Origin: Megasphaera elsdenii DSM 20460
GTDB taxonomy: Bacteria > Bacillota > Negativicutes > Veillonellales > Megasphaeraceae
Length of the DNA: 32,000 nucleotides
Direction: 5' to 3'
Assembly: GCF_003010495.1 (NCBI RefSeq)
Contig: NZ_CP027570.1
Location: forward strand, 1,620,001 to 1,652,000
A program made the translations under genes and the position numbers. Position 1 is the first letter of the stretch. Every line of letters begins with the position of its first letter. Positions 22,523 to 32,000 of this stretch are shown one piece after another. The notes below the pieces were generated by a model that was given only the letters and a program-made list of their open reading frames with translations, was not told where the DNA came from and did not search any database.

Positions 22523-23527
22523 ATGGAAGAAAATCGCATCATCGAGACGACAGACCTGCCGGGCGATTCCTGGCAGTACAGCCTGCGTCCTCATTATTTA
22601 CGGGAATATATTGGCCAGGATAAGGTCAAAGATAATCTGGAAGTCTTCATCAAGGCGGCGAAACTGCGCAAAGAAGCACTGGACCACGTCCTCTTGTACG
22701 GGCCGCCGGGCCTGGGCAAGACGACTATGGCCGGCATCATCGCCAACGAACTGGGGGTCAACCTGCGCATCACGTCGGGCCCGGCCATCGAGCGGCCTGG
22801 CGACCTGGCTGCCCTCCTGACCAATCTCCAGGAACGGGACCTGTTGTTCATCGACGAAATCCACCGCCTGTCGCACAGTGTCGAAGAAGTCCTCTATGCG
22901 GCCATGGAGGACTATGCTTTGGATATCGTCATCGGCAAGGGCCCCAGCGCCCGGTCGGTGCGCATCGATCTGCCGCCGTTCACCCTGGTCGGAGCGACGA
23001 CCCAGGTCGGCCGCCTGGCACCGCCTCTGCGCGACCGCTTCGGCGTCATCTGTCGTCTGGAATTCTATAAGCCTGAGGACCTGGTCCTCATCATCAAGCG
23101 GACGGCCGATATCCTCGACATGGCCATCGACGACGACGGCGCCCTGGAAATCGCCCGCCGCTCGCGGGGGACGCCGCGTATTGCCAACCGCCTCTTGAAG
23201 CGCGTCCGCGACTTCGCCCAGGTTGCCGAAGCCGGGACGATTACGGCGTCCTTGGCCAACGATGCCCTGAACCGGCTGGAAGTCGATTCGTGCGGCCTCG
23301 ACCGGACGGACCGCCGGGTCCTGCAGGTCATCATCGATAAATTCGGCGGCGGCCCCGTCGGCCTCGATACGATTGCCGCCGCTATCAGCGAATCCGTCGA
23401 TGCCGTCGAAGACGTATATGAACCCTTTTTGATGCAGCAGGGCTTCCTGAACCGCACGCCCCGGGGCCGCGTCGTCACCGATGCCGCCTACCGTCATCTG
23501 GGCCTGCCCGTGCCATCAGAAGGATAG
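22523..23527 (+). CDS. ruvB: Holliday junction DNA helicase RuvB
   Basis: [19 protein letters not shown]...[14 protein letters not shown]...LFIDEIHRL...[16 protein letters not shown]. Confidence 0.97.
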   Translation: MEENRIIETTDLPGDSWQYSLRPHYLREYIGQDKVKDNLEVFIKAAKLRKEALDHVLLYGPPGLGKTTMAGIIANELGVNLRITSGPAIERPGDLAALLTNLQERDLLFIDEIHRLSHSVEEVLYAAMEDYALDIVIGKGPSARSVRIDLPPFTLVGATTQVGRLAPPLRDRFGVICRLEFYKPEDLVLIIKRTADILDMAIDDDGALEIARRSRGTPRIANRLLKRVRDFAQVAEAGTITASLANDALNRLEVDSCGLDRTDRRVLQVIIDKFGGGPVGLDTIAAAISESVDAVEDVYEPFLMQQGFLNRTPRGRVVTDAAYRHLGLPVPSEG

Positions 23528-23535
23528 GAGGGGAT

Positions 23536-23754
23536 ATGATGGCGAAATTACTCATCCTCATGGGCGTCTTCTTCATTGTCGCCGGTTTGCTCTGGATGGT
23601 CGGCGATTCGCTGGGACTGGGGAACTTCCTAGGCCATCTGCCCGGTGATATTTTCTTTACCAGAGGGAATACATCTTTTCATTTCCCCATCGTGACCTGC
23701 ATCCTCATCAGTGCAGTCCTTACAATTGTCCTCAATCTCTTCTTTCGCCTGTGA
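23536..23754 (+). CDS. DUF2905-family small membrane protein
   Basis: 72 aa, two TM segments, LPGDIFFTRGNTSFHFPIVTCILISAVLT. It occupies the conserved position after ruvB in Firmicutes. Confidence 0.7.
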   Translation: MMAKLLILMGVFFIVAGLLWMVGDSLGLGNFLGHLPGDIFFTRGNTSFHFPIVTCILISAVLTIVLNLFFRL

Positions 23755-23765
23755 GGAGGATTTTT

Positions 23766-25157
23766 ATGAATAAAAAAAGCTGGCTCCGCATCGTGACCAT
23801 TACGGCTCTGTGCGCCTTGCTGACGACGAGTGCGCTGGCTTCGTCACCGAAAGCGAAAAAAACAGTACATCGACATCCACCCGTACGATATGCCCAGAAG
23901 GCAACGGCTCATACGGCTAAGCCGGCAGCGTCTACCCATAAAAAGCCCGTGTATACGCCGAAACAAGCCGCATATACGCATAAGCAGGCCGTCCAGGACA
24001 GCGCGACTCTGCGCATCGGCATCCGCGAAGGACGGGGCCGGGTGGCCGTCACCGGGCCGCAGGGGCTGGGCGTCTACCGCGGCGACATGCTCTGGAAGAA
24101 AGCCGCTGCTAACGTACCTGTCACTATTGCCCTGTCCGGGACGAACCTGACTGTCAATGGCGATATCAGCACCGTGCCCGTCCAGGTCCGGTCCCTGGTC
24201 CAAGGCGGGTCCGTTGAGATTACCGACGGCTATGCCTACCGCGGCGCCCTGGAAATGATGAAATCTCCTGGCCGCTGGGGCCTGACCGTCGTCAACGTCG
24301 TACCGGTAGAACAGTATCTCTACGGCGTCGTCGGCAAGGAAATGTCGCCGTCTTGGAGCGAAGAGGCCCTCAAGGCCCAGGCCGTCGCGGCCCGGACTTA
24401 TGCCATTGCCCATAAGAACCGCTTCAGCCAGCGCGGTTTCGACTTGACGGATGATACATCGAGCCAGGTCTATGCCGGCATCAACGGCGAATCGCCGTCG
24501 ATCATCAAGGCTGTCAACGATACGAAAGGGGAAATCCTGACCTATCAGGGCAAGCCCATCGACGCCTTCTTCTGTTCCACTGCCGGCGGCTGGACCGAAG
24601 ACAGTGAAAATGTCTGGGGTTCCTACGTGCCTTATCTGCGCGGTGTCCGCGATGCCAGCGATGCCATGCCGGGGTATCGCTGGTCGGTGACGACGACGCC
24701 GGAACAGATGGCGGCTAAACTGAGCGCCGCCGGCAAGGGCGTCGGGCGCATCAAGTCCATCGAACTGTCGCCGCTCATGAAGCGGCCCATGTCCATGACG
24801 GACCGCGGCGTGTCCGGCCGTGTCCAGGAAATGATCGTCAAGGGCACGAATGGTAATGTCACTGTCAAGGGCTCGGCCTTCCAGTCCATCTTTGGCCTGC
24901 GCAGCACGCTCTTTGATTTCTACAGCGGCCGCGGCACGGCACCGGATCCCGATGCCGGCGCCGCTGTGCGCAAAAGCGATTTCATCATCAAAGCCGGCCA
25001 GCCCGTGACTATCTACGGCTTCGGCTGGGGCCACGGCCTGGGCATGAGCCAGTACGGGGCCTATCAGATGGCCAAGGAACATGCCAACGAAAAGAATTAT
25101 TACCGCCATATCCTGACCCACTATTATACGGGGACGAAGATTGAAAAATTATATTAA
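23766..25157 (+). CDS. SpoIID/LytB-domain protein (lytic transglycosylase-like)
   Basis: Signal peptide, His/Lys/Pro/Thr-rich linker and SpoIID-domain motifs (VVPVEQYLYGVVGKEM...ALKAQAVAARTYA...TSSQVY...FCSTAGGWTE). ATG 23766 has RBS gaggagg at 23753-23759. Confidence 0.85.
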   Translation: MNKKSWLRIVTITALCALLTTSALASSPKAKKTVHRHPPVRYAQKATAHTAKPAASTHKKPVYTPKQAAYTHKQAVQDSATLRIGIREGRGRVAVTGPQGLGVYRGDMLWKKAAANVPVTIALSGTNLTVNGDISTVPVQVRSLVQGGSVEITDGYAYRGALEMMKSPGRWGLTVVNVVPVEQYLYGVVGKEMSPSWSEEALKAQAVAARTYAIAHKNRFSQRGFDLTDDTSSQVYAGINGESPSIIKAVNDTKGEILTYQGKPIDAFFCSTAGGWTEDSENVWGSYVPYLRGVRDASDAMPGYRWSVTTTPEQMAAKLSAAGKGVGRIKSIELSPLMKRPMSMTDRGVSGRVQEMIVKGTNGNVTVKGSAFQSIFGLRSTLFDFYSGRGTAPDPDAGAAVRKSDFIIKAGQPVTIYGFGWGHGLGMSQYGAYQMAKEHANEKNYYRHILTHYYTGTKIEKLY

Positions 25158-25178
25158 GCCAAAAAGAGGAAGATTATT

Positions 25179-27318
<2,140 letters not shown>

Positions 27319-27363
27319 GCGCTTGCATATAGACTATTTTTTATTTCACGGAGGTGTAAAGAC

Positions 27364-27780
27364 ATGGATATTATGGAACAGCTCAATGCCTTTTGGCCCA
27401 TTATCCTCATGGTCGTCATTTTCTACTTTCTCTTATGGCGTCCGCAGAAGAAACAACAGAAGAAACGCCAGGAAATGCTGGAAAGCTTGAAGCCCGGCGC
27501 CAAGATCGTCACCGTCGGCGGTGTCATGGGGAACATCGTCTCCCTGCACGATGATTACCTCATCGTCCGCATTGCTGACAAAGTCGAAATCAAGATCACC
27601 CGCGCTGCCGTAGCACAGGTCCTGGGCAAGGGCGAAGGCAAGAAAGCGGCCAAGAAAGCCGAAAAAGCTGCTGAAAAGGCAGAAGAAAAGGCGCCTGAAG
27701 CAAAGGCCGACGTTCCGGCTGAAACCAAAGCCGAAGCGGCATCGGATGCCAAGGAAGCAGAAGGCAAAGATGCTCAGTAA
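27364..27780 (+). CDS. yajC: Preprotein translocase subunit YajC with a Lys/Ala/Glu-rich C-terminal extension
   Basis: FWPIILMVVIFYFLLWRPQKKQQKKRQEMLESLKPGAKIVTVGGVMG is the YajC core. A tail of about 50 aa follows (GKGEGKKAAKKAEKAAEKAEEKAPEAKADV...). Confidence 0.85.
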   Translation: MDIMEQLNAFWPIILMVVIFYFLLWRPQKKQQKKRQEMLESLKPGAKIVTVGGVMGNIVSLHDDYLIVRIADKVEIKITRAAVAQVLGKGEGKKAAKKAEKAAEKAEEKAPEAKADVPAETKAEAASDAKEAEGKDAQ

Positions 27781-28336
27781 AAAAGAATTGCGTAAAGCCA
27801 TGAATGACCGGCTCCACCAGCTGACAGAAGGGGAAAAGGCAGCGGCCAGTGCCGCTGTCTGCGCCCACCTGGCGGCCCTGCCGCAGTATCAGCAGGCCCG
27901 CAGTATCATGGCTTTTCTCCATATGCCCGACGAAGTCAGCCTGGACGGCCTGATCCAGCAGGCCCTGGCTGACGGCAAGGAAGTCTATGTCCCGGTCTGC
28001 GTCGATAAGCAGCGCATTGAAGGCCGGCGCCTGTACACGCTGGAACAGGCGGTCTGCGGTGCCTATGGCATCCGGACGGCACCGCCGGACAACCCGCGCA
28101 TCGAAGCCGATGAGCTCGATGTCATCTTCGTGCCCGGCCTGGCCTTCGATGCCAAGGGCCATCGCCTGGGCCATGGAGCGGCTTATTATGACCGCTTCCT
28201 GGCTGGAAAGGGCAGGGCGGCCGCCATTGCCGCGGCCTGGGATGTCCAGCTCGTCCCGGACGTGCCCGTCGAAGCCCATGATATCGTCATGACCGATATC
28301 GTCACGGATAAACAGCATCTCGTTATCCATCCATAA
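27770..28336 (+). CDS. 5-formyltetrahydrofolate cyclo-ligase
   Basis: MLSKKELRKAM...IFVPGLAFDAKGHRLGHGAAYYDRFL is the MTHFS signature. The start overlaps the yajC 3' end by 11 nt. Confidence 0.85.
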   Translation: MLSKKELRKAMNDRLHQLTEGEKAAASAAVCAHLAALPQYQQARSIMAFLHMPDEVSLDGLIQQALADGKEVYVPVCVDKQRIEGRRLYTLEQAVCGAYGIRTAPPDNPRIEADELDVIFVPGLAFDAKGHRLGHGAAYYDRFLAGKGRAAAIAAAWDVQLVPDVPVEAHDIVMTDIVTDKQHLVIHP

Positions 28337-28368
28337 AAAACTATTGAAGATTACCCAGAGGGGGAGTA

Positions 28369-29622
28369 TTGTTGCGGACCCGTAACATGATAAAATTTTT
28401 CGGGGCAGTCATCATCATCCTGGCCGCCTTTGTTACCTTGATTTATCCGCTTGCCAACTCCATCAAACAGGGCCTGGACTTACAGGGCGGTACGCATATC
28501 GTCCTGGAAGCTGAAGATACGCCGGACGCACCGGTCACGGAAGACTCTTTGAGCCGTGCCGTCACCATCGTCGAACGCCGTATCAATGAAATGGGCCTGA
28601 CCGAACCGCTTGTCCAGAAGGAAGGCGCCCGTCGTATCATCGTCGAGCTGCCCGGTGAAAAGAATCCGGAAAAAGCCATCGAGACAATCGGGAAAACGGC
28701 CGTCATGGAGTTCAAAGATGAAAGCGGGACGACCCGTATGACCGGGAACGACCTGAAAACGGCGAAAGAACAGATCGACCAGGGCCATAAGAACGTCGTC
28801 GCCATTGAATTTACCGACGAAGGGGCCAAGAAATTCGCCGATTTGACGGCTTCCAACGTAGGCCATAAGATCGGTATCTACCTTGACGGTGAATTGCTGA
28901 CCAACCCGGTCGTCAATGAACCGATTACCGGCGGCAAAGCCGTCATCACGGGCAGCCAGACGTTGGAAGATGCCAAGAACCTGGCCATCCTCCTGCGTTC
29001 CGGTGCCCTGCCTGTCAAATTGAAAGTCATGGAAGTCCGCACCATCGGCCCGAGCTTGGGCCTCGACTCCAAGATCAAGAGTGAAAAGGCCTTTGCCATC
29101 GGCATCATCTTGATCATGATCTTCCTGATCATCATTTACCGCATGTCCGGTGTCGTAGCCAACATCGCCCTGTTGGTCTACGTCCTCATTTTGCTGGGCA
29201 TCCTGAAGTACCTCGATGCGACACTGACCCTGCCGGGTATTGCCGGTATCATCTTGTCCATGGGCTTCGCCGTCGATGCCAACATCCTCATCTTTGAACG
29301 ATTCAAGGAGGAAGTCCTCATCGGCAAGAGTCTGAGAACGTCCATGGAAGCCGGGTTCCGCCGGGCCTTCAATACCATCCTCGATGCCAACGTATCGGTC
29401 ATGATCGCCGCCATCGTCCTCATCGTCATGGGCAGCGGTACGGTCAAGGGCTTTGCCGTCAACCTGGCTTTAGGGATCGTCGTCAGCATGTTCACGGCCA
29501 TCGTCGTCAGCCGGTCCCTGCTCACGTGGTTCATCAATACGGGCCTCATCACCAATCCCTGGTTCTATGGCCTGAACCGCAAGCCGCCTGAACATATGCT
29601 GAAAAAGGGGGGACAGAAATGA
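28369..29622 (+). CDS. secD: Protein translocase subunit SecD
   Basis: LDLQGGTHIVLEA...LRSGALPVKLKVMEVRTIGPSLG...AGIILSMGFAVDANILIFERFKEE. The TTG start is 28369 or 28372. Confidence 0.93.
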   Translation: MLRTRNMIKFFGAVIIILAAFVTLIYPLANSIKQGLDLQGGTHIVLEAEDTPDAPVTEDSLSRAVTIVERRINEMGLTEPLVQKEGARRIIVELPGEKNPEKAIETIGKTAVMEFKDESGTTRMTGNDLKTAKEQIDQGHKNVVAIEFTDEGAKKFADLTASNVGHKIGIYLDGELLTNPVVNEPITGGKAVITGSQTLEDAKNLAILLRSGALPVKLKVMEVRTIGPSLGLDSKIKSEKAFAIGIILIMIFLIIIYRMSGVVANIALLVYVLILLGILKYLDATLTLPGIAGIILSMGFAVDANILIFERFKEEVLIGKSLRTSMEAGFRRAFNTILDANVSVMIAAIVLIVMGSGTVKGFAVNLALGIVVSMFTAIVVSRSLLTWFINTGLITNPWFYGLNRKPPEHMLKKGGQK

Positions 29623-30548
29623 GTTTTGATATTGTCAAACATCGCGTATGGTGGTTCACCTTATCGTCTGTCCTCGTCATTGCCAGCCTGATTTCCATCT
29701 TTATCAATGGCTTCAACTTCGGCATCGACTACACAGGCGGTACGATTTTGGATATGCAGTTCCATAAAGCCGTCACCGTTTCCGAAGTCCGCCAGGTCAT
29801 CGATAACTCCGATATGGATCTGGGCAATACGGTCATCCAGCTGACGGGCGTCACTGACCAGGACTCGTCGACAGATGTCATGCTGCGCATGCGCAACCTG
29901 ACTAGTGACGAAAGCAAAGCCGTTTCGGATAAGCTGAGCGATTCCCTGGGCGGCGCTGAAATCAAGCGGACCGAATCGGTCGGCGCCGTCATCGGCTCGG
30001 AAGTCACGAAAAACGCCATCACCAGCCTGGCCGTGGCCTTCATCGCCCTGGCTGCGTATATTTCCTTCCGCTTTGAATACAAAATCGCTATTTCGGCCTT
30101 AGTGTCGATCCTGCACGATTTGATCATGGTCCTGGGTTTCTTCTCGTTTTTCCACCTGGAAATCGATGCGTCTTTCCTGGCGGCCATCCTGACCGTCGTC
30201 GGCTATTCCATGAACGAAGCCGTCGTCATCTTCGACCGCGTCCGTGAAAACACGCGGACTCACCGCCGGACCGACTCCTATGAAAAACTGGCTCACGACA
30301 GCATCTCCCAGAGTATCCATCGCAGTATCTATACGCTGACGACGGTACTCTTCGCCTGCGGAGCCTTACACTTCTTCGGCGGCGATTCGACGAAGAACTT
30401 TTCCCTGGTCATGCTCATCGGCTTCATCAGCGGGGCCTATTCGTCCATCTGCGTCGATACGTCCCTGTGGGTCGTATGGAAGAACCATACCTCTCATAAA
30501 CGCGGCCCGAAAGCCATAGAAACCGAACCGGCAGAAACAGAAGAATAG
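29619..30548 (+). CDS. secF: Protein translocase subunit SecF
   Basis: FGIDYTGGTILDMQF...LHDLIMVLGFFSFFHLEIDASFLAAILTVVGYSMNEAVVIFDRVREN. The start overlaps the secD stop (ATGA). Confidence 0.93.
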   Translation: MSFDIVKHRVWWFTLSSVLVIASLISIFINGFNFGIDYTGGTILDMQFHKAVTVSEVRQVIDNSDMDLGNTVIQLTGVTDQDSSTDVMLRMRNLTSDESKAVSDKLSDSLGGAEIKRTESVGAVIGSEVTKNAITSLAVAFIALAAYISFRFEYKIAISALVSILHDLIMVLGFFSFFHLEIDASFLAAILTVVGYSMNEAVVIFDRVRENTRTHRRTDSYEKLAHDSISQSIHRSIYTLTTVLFACGALHFFGGDSTKNFSLVMLIGFISGAYSSICVDTSLWVVWKNHTSHKRGPKAIETEPAETEE

Positions 30549-30556
30549 CATAAAAA

Positions 30557-30586
30557 GGAGCTGTCGCATGTACGACAGCCCTTTTT
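30557..30586 (+). terminator. Rho-independent terminator after secF
   Basis: gctgtcg-catgta-cgacagc followed by cctttttaa. Confidence 0.75.
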
Positions 30587-30588
30587 AA

Positions 30589-30706
30589 GTGGTTAGCAGT
30601 TAGTGGATGGTTTTAATATTGTAGGGGCCGTCCCCAAGGGCGGCCCGCCATGAACCACGAGCCACGAGCCACGAGCCACGAGCCACGAGCCACGAACCCC
30701 TAACTC
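30589..30706. repeat. Repeat-family copy R7: GT-rich half, GC hairpin, CA-rich half
   Basis: gtggttagcagttagtggatgg (30589-30610), hairpin gggccg..ccc-caa-ggg-cggccc (30625-30646), then the accacga/gccacga array and cccctaactc. Confidence 0.6.
30654..30695. repeat. Heptanucleotide tandem repeat (ACCACGA x1, GCCACGA x5)
   Basis: Direct reading: aaccacga gccacga gccacga gccacga gccacga gccacga acccc. The array ends 32 nt before the yedF-like start codon. Confidence 0.9.
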
Positions 30707-30727
30707 TTAAAACAAGGAGGAATTACG

Positions 30728-31312
30728 ATGTTTAAGATCAATGCACTGGGCAAAGCCTGCCCGCTCCCGGTCATCGAAGCCCACAAGGCTTTGAAGGACC
30801 ATGATGCCGTAGAAATCACGGTCGATAACGAAATCGCTACGGAAAACCTCAAGAATTTATCTCAGGAAATGAACTGCTCCTATACGATGAGCCAGGAATC
30901 GGATACGCACTACACGGTCCGCCTGGTCAAAGAAGGGGCTGATGTCGGTGCAGACGAAGCGCCAGTTACGACGGGCTCCGATTATACCGTCGTCATCAAT
31001 GCGCCCGTCATGGGTGTCGGCGACGACCAGCTGGGCAAGAACCTGCTCAAGACCTTCATCTATACCCTGACAGAACAGGATGTCCTGCCGAAACAGGTTA
31101 TCTTCTACAACGGCGGCGTCCCCTTGGTAACGGAAGGTTCGGAATCGTTGGAAGATTTGAAGAACCTCGAAGCCAAAGGCGTCGAAATCTACGCCTGCGG
31201 TGCCTGCCTTAATTACTATGGCCTGACCGAAAAGGTCGCTGTCGGATCCATTACCAACATGTTCCGTATCGTCGAAATGATGCGCACGGCCAACCGCATC
31301 GTCAAACCGTAA
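30728..31312 (+). CDS. yedF: YedF-type sulfurtransferase-like selenium metabolism protein (TusA/SirA-like N-domain plus DsrE-like C-domain)
   Basis: MFKINALGKACPLPVIEAHKAL carries the TusA CPxP motif. The C-terminal half has IYACGACLNYYGL. Length 194 aa. Confidence 0.8.
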   Translation: MFKINALGKACPLPVIEAHKALKDHDAVEITVDNEIATENLKNLSQEMNCSYTMSQESDTHYTVRLVKEGADVGADEAPVTTGSDYTVVINAPVMGVGDDQLGKNLLKTFIYTLTEQDVLPKQVIFYNGGVPLVTEGSESLEDLKNLEAKGVEIYACGACLNYYGLTEKVAVGSITNMFRIVEMMRTANRIVKP

Positions 31313-31315
31313 ACC

Positions 31316-32000
31316 ATGGAAGAAACTATCATCAAAGCCGCTATCCTCGTATCCTTCATCTTTTGCGGCTATACCTTAAAACAGCTGCGCCTTTTCGGGC
31401 GCAGCACTTTTAATACCATATCGACGATTGTCTTCAACATCACCTTGCCGTCGGTCATCCTGGTCAACCTCAACGGCATCCACTTCGACACGCGCTATCT
31501 CCTCATCAGCCTCCTGGCCATCATCTTCAACCTGATCATGGTCGGCATGGGCTATGCCGCCGGCCGGACGAAGGACGAAAAGGCCTTTTACATGCTCAAT
31601 ATGAATGGCTACAATATCGGCAATTTCGCCTTGCCCTTCGTGTCTTATTTCTTTGACAGTGCGGCCGTCCTCATCGTCTGCATCTTCGATGCCGGTAATT
31701 CCCTCATGTGCCTCGGCGGGGCTTATGGCCTGGCCCGCTGCGTCCGCGGCGAGAAAGGGGAGAGCATCGCCATGATCCTGGCCAAGACGATTTTCTCCTC
31801 TATTCCGGTCTTATCGTATATCATCATGATCACCTTGTCCCTGGCCGGCTTTTCCCTGCCCCAGGTCGTCATCGACTGGGCCAAGATCCCGGCGTCGGCC
31901 AATACCTTCTTGTCCATGCTCATGATCGGCGTCGCCCTGGGCCTGTCCTTGAAAAAGGAATACCTGCACCTCATCTATACCGACGTGGGCCTGCGGTTGC
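31316..32000 (+). CDS. AEC (auxin efflux carrier) family transporter, 3'-truncated by window edge
   Basis: A frame absent from the supplied track is open from ATG 31316 to the window end. Its translation is highly hydrophobic: MEETIIKAAILVSFIFCGYTLKQLRLFGRSTFNTISTIVFNITLPSVILVNL... Confidence 0.75.
   Translation, partial: MEETIIKAAILVSFIFCGYTLKQLRLFGRSTFNTISTIVFNITLPSVILVNLNGIHFDTRYLLISLLAIIFNLIMVGMGYAAGRTKDEKAFYMLNMNGYNIGNFALPFVSYFFDSAAVLIVCIFDAGNSLMCLGGAYGLARCVRGEKGESIAMILAKTIFSSIPVLSYIIMITLSLAGFSLPQVVIDWAKIPASANTFLSMLMIGVALGLSLKKEYLHLIYTDVGLRL

Noticed and set aside
30654-30695. Tandem repeats (7-mer array here, 14-mer array at 10144-10179) considered as a possible CRISPR array or other spacer-repeat array.
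   Set aside because: The units are contiguous with no spacers, far shorter than CRISPR repeats, and no cas genes are present. They are simple tandem repeats within the intergenic repeat family.

Overview
Chromosomal window from a moderately GC-rich Firmicute. Gene content and order look Negativicutes/Megasphaera-like, but that is inference only. The right third (21.4-32 kb) is a conserved housekeeping block: ruvC-ruvA-ruvB, DUF2905, a SpoIID-like gene, queA, tgt, yajC, 5-formyl-THF cyclo-ligase, secD, secF, then a yedF-like gene and a 3'-truncated AEC transporter. The left and middle are mosaic. They hold a truncated RseC-like gene, an intact IS3-family element (orfA/orfB with an A7 -1 frameshift site), a membrane-anchored hypothetical, and a TGS-uridine-kinase fusion with yceD-rpmF. 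Next comes an accessory stretch of about 10 kb (5.6-15.8 kb) bounded by two paralogous LysR regulators plus an internally deleted third copy. It carries an Fe-alcohol dehydrogenase, a solo TnpB (IS200/IS605-type) element, and a flavodoxin/cupin/carboxymuconolactone-decarboxylase/lipoprotein-flavodoxin/alpha-beta-hydrolase/acetyltransferase set. After that come mscS, a MATE pump, a second rseC and an orphan AAA-ATPase/PD-(D/E)XK gene. No rRNA, tRNA or CRISPR array was found. Three observations stand out. (1) A dense family of GT/CA-rich, 'word-shuffled', nested-palindromic intergenic repeats occurs at seven loci, several of them immediately after terminator hairpins. It includes a MITE-like 250-bp element, a 450-bp nested palindrome with covarying local hairpins, and 7-mer and 14-mer tandem arrays. 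(2) The TnpB-only element keeps a RuvC D/E/D triad but has no cysteines in the zinc-finger segment, and it has clear LE/RE hairpins and a predicted omega-RNA region. (3) A 19-bp operator-like motif fused to an extended -10 recurs in front of three or four operons of the LysR-flanked island, and three products of that island are exported. I cannot show that any of these is a new system. They are candidates with explicit tests.
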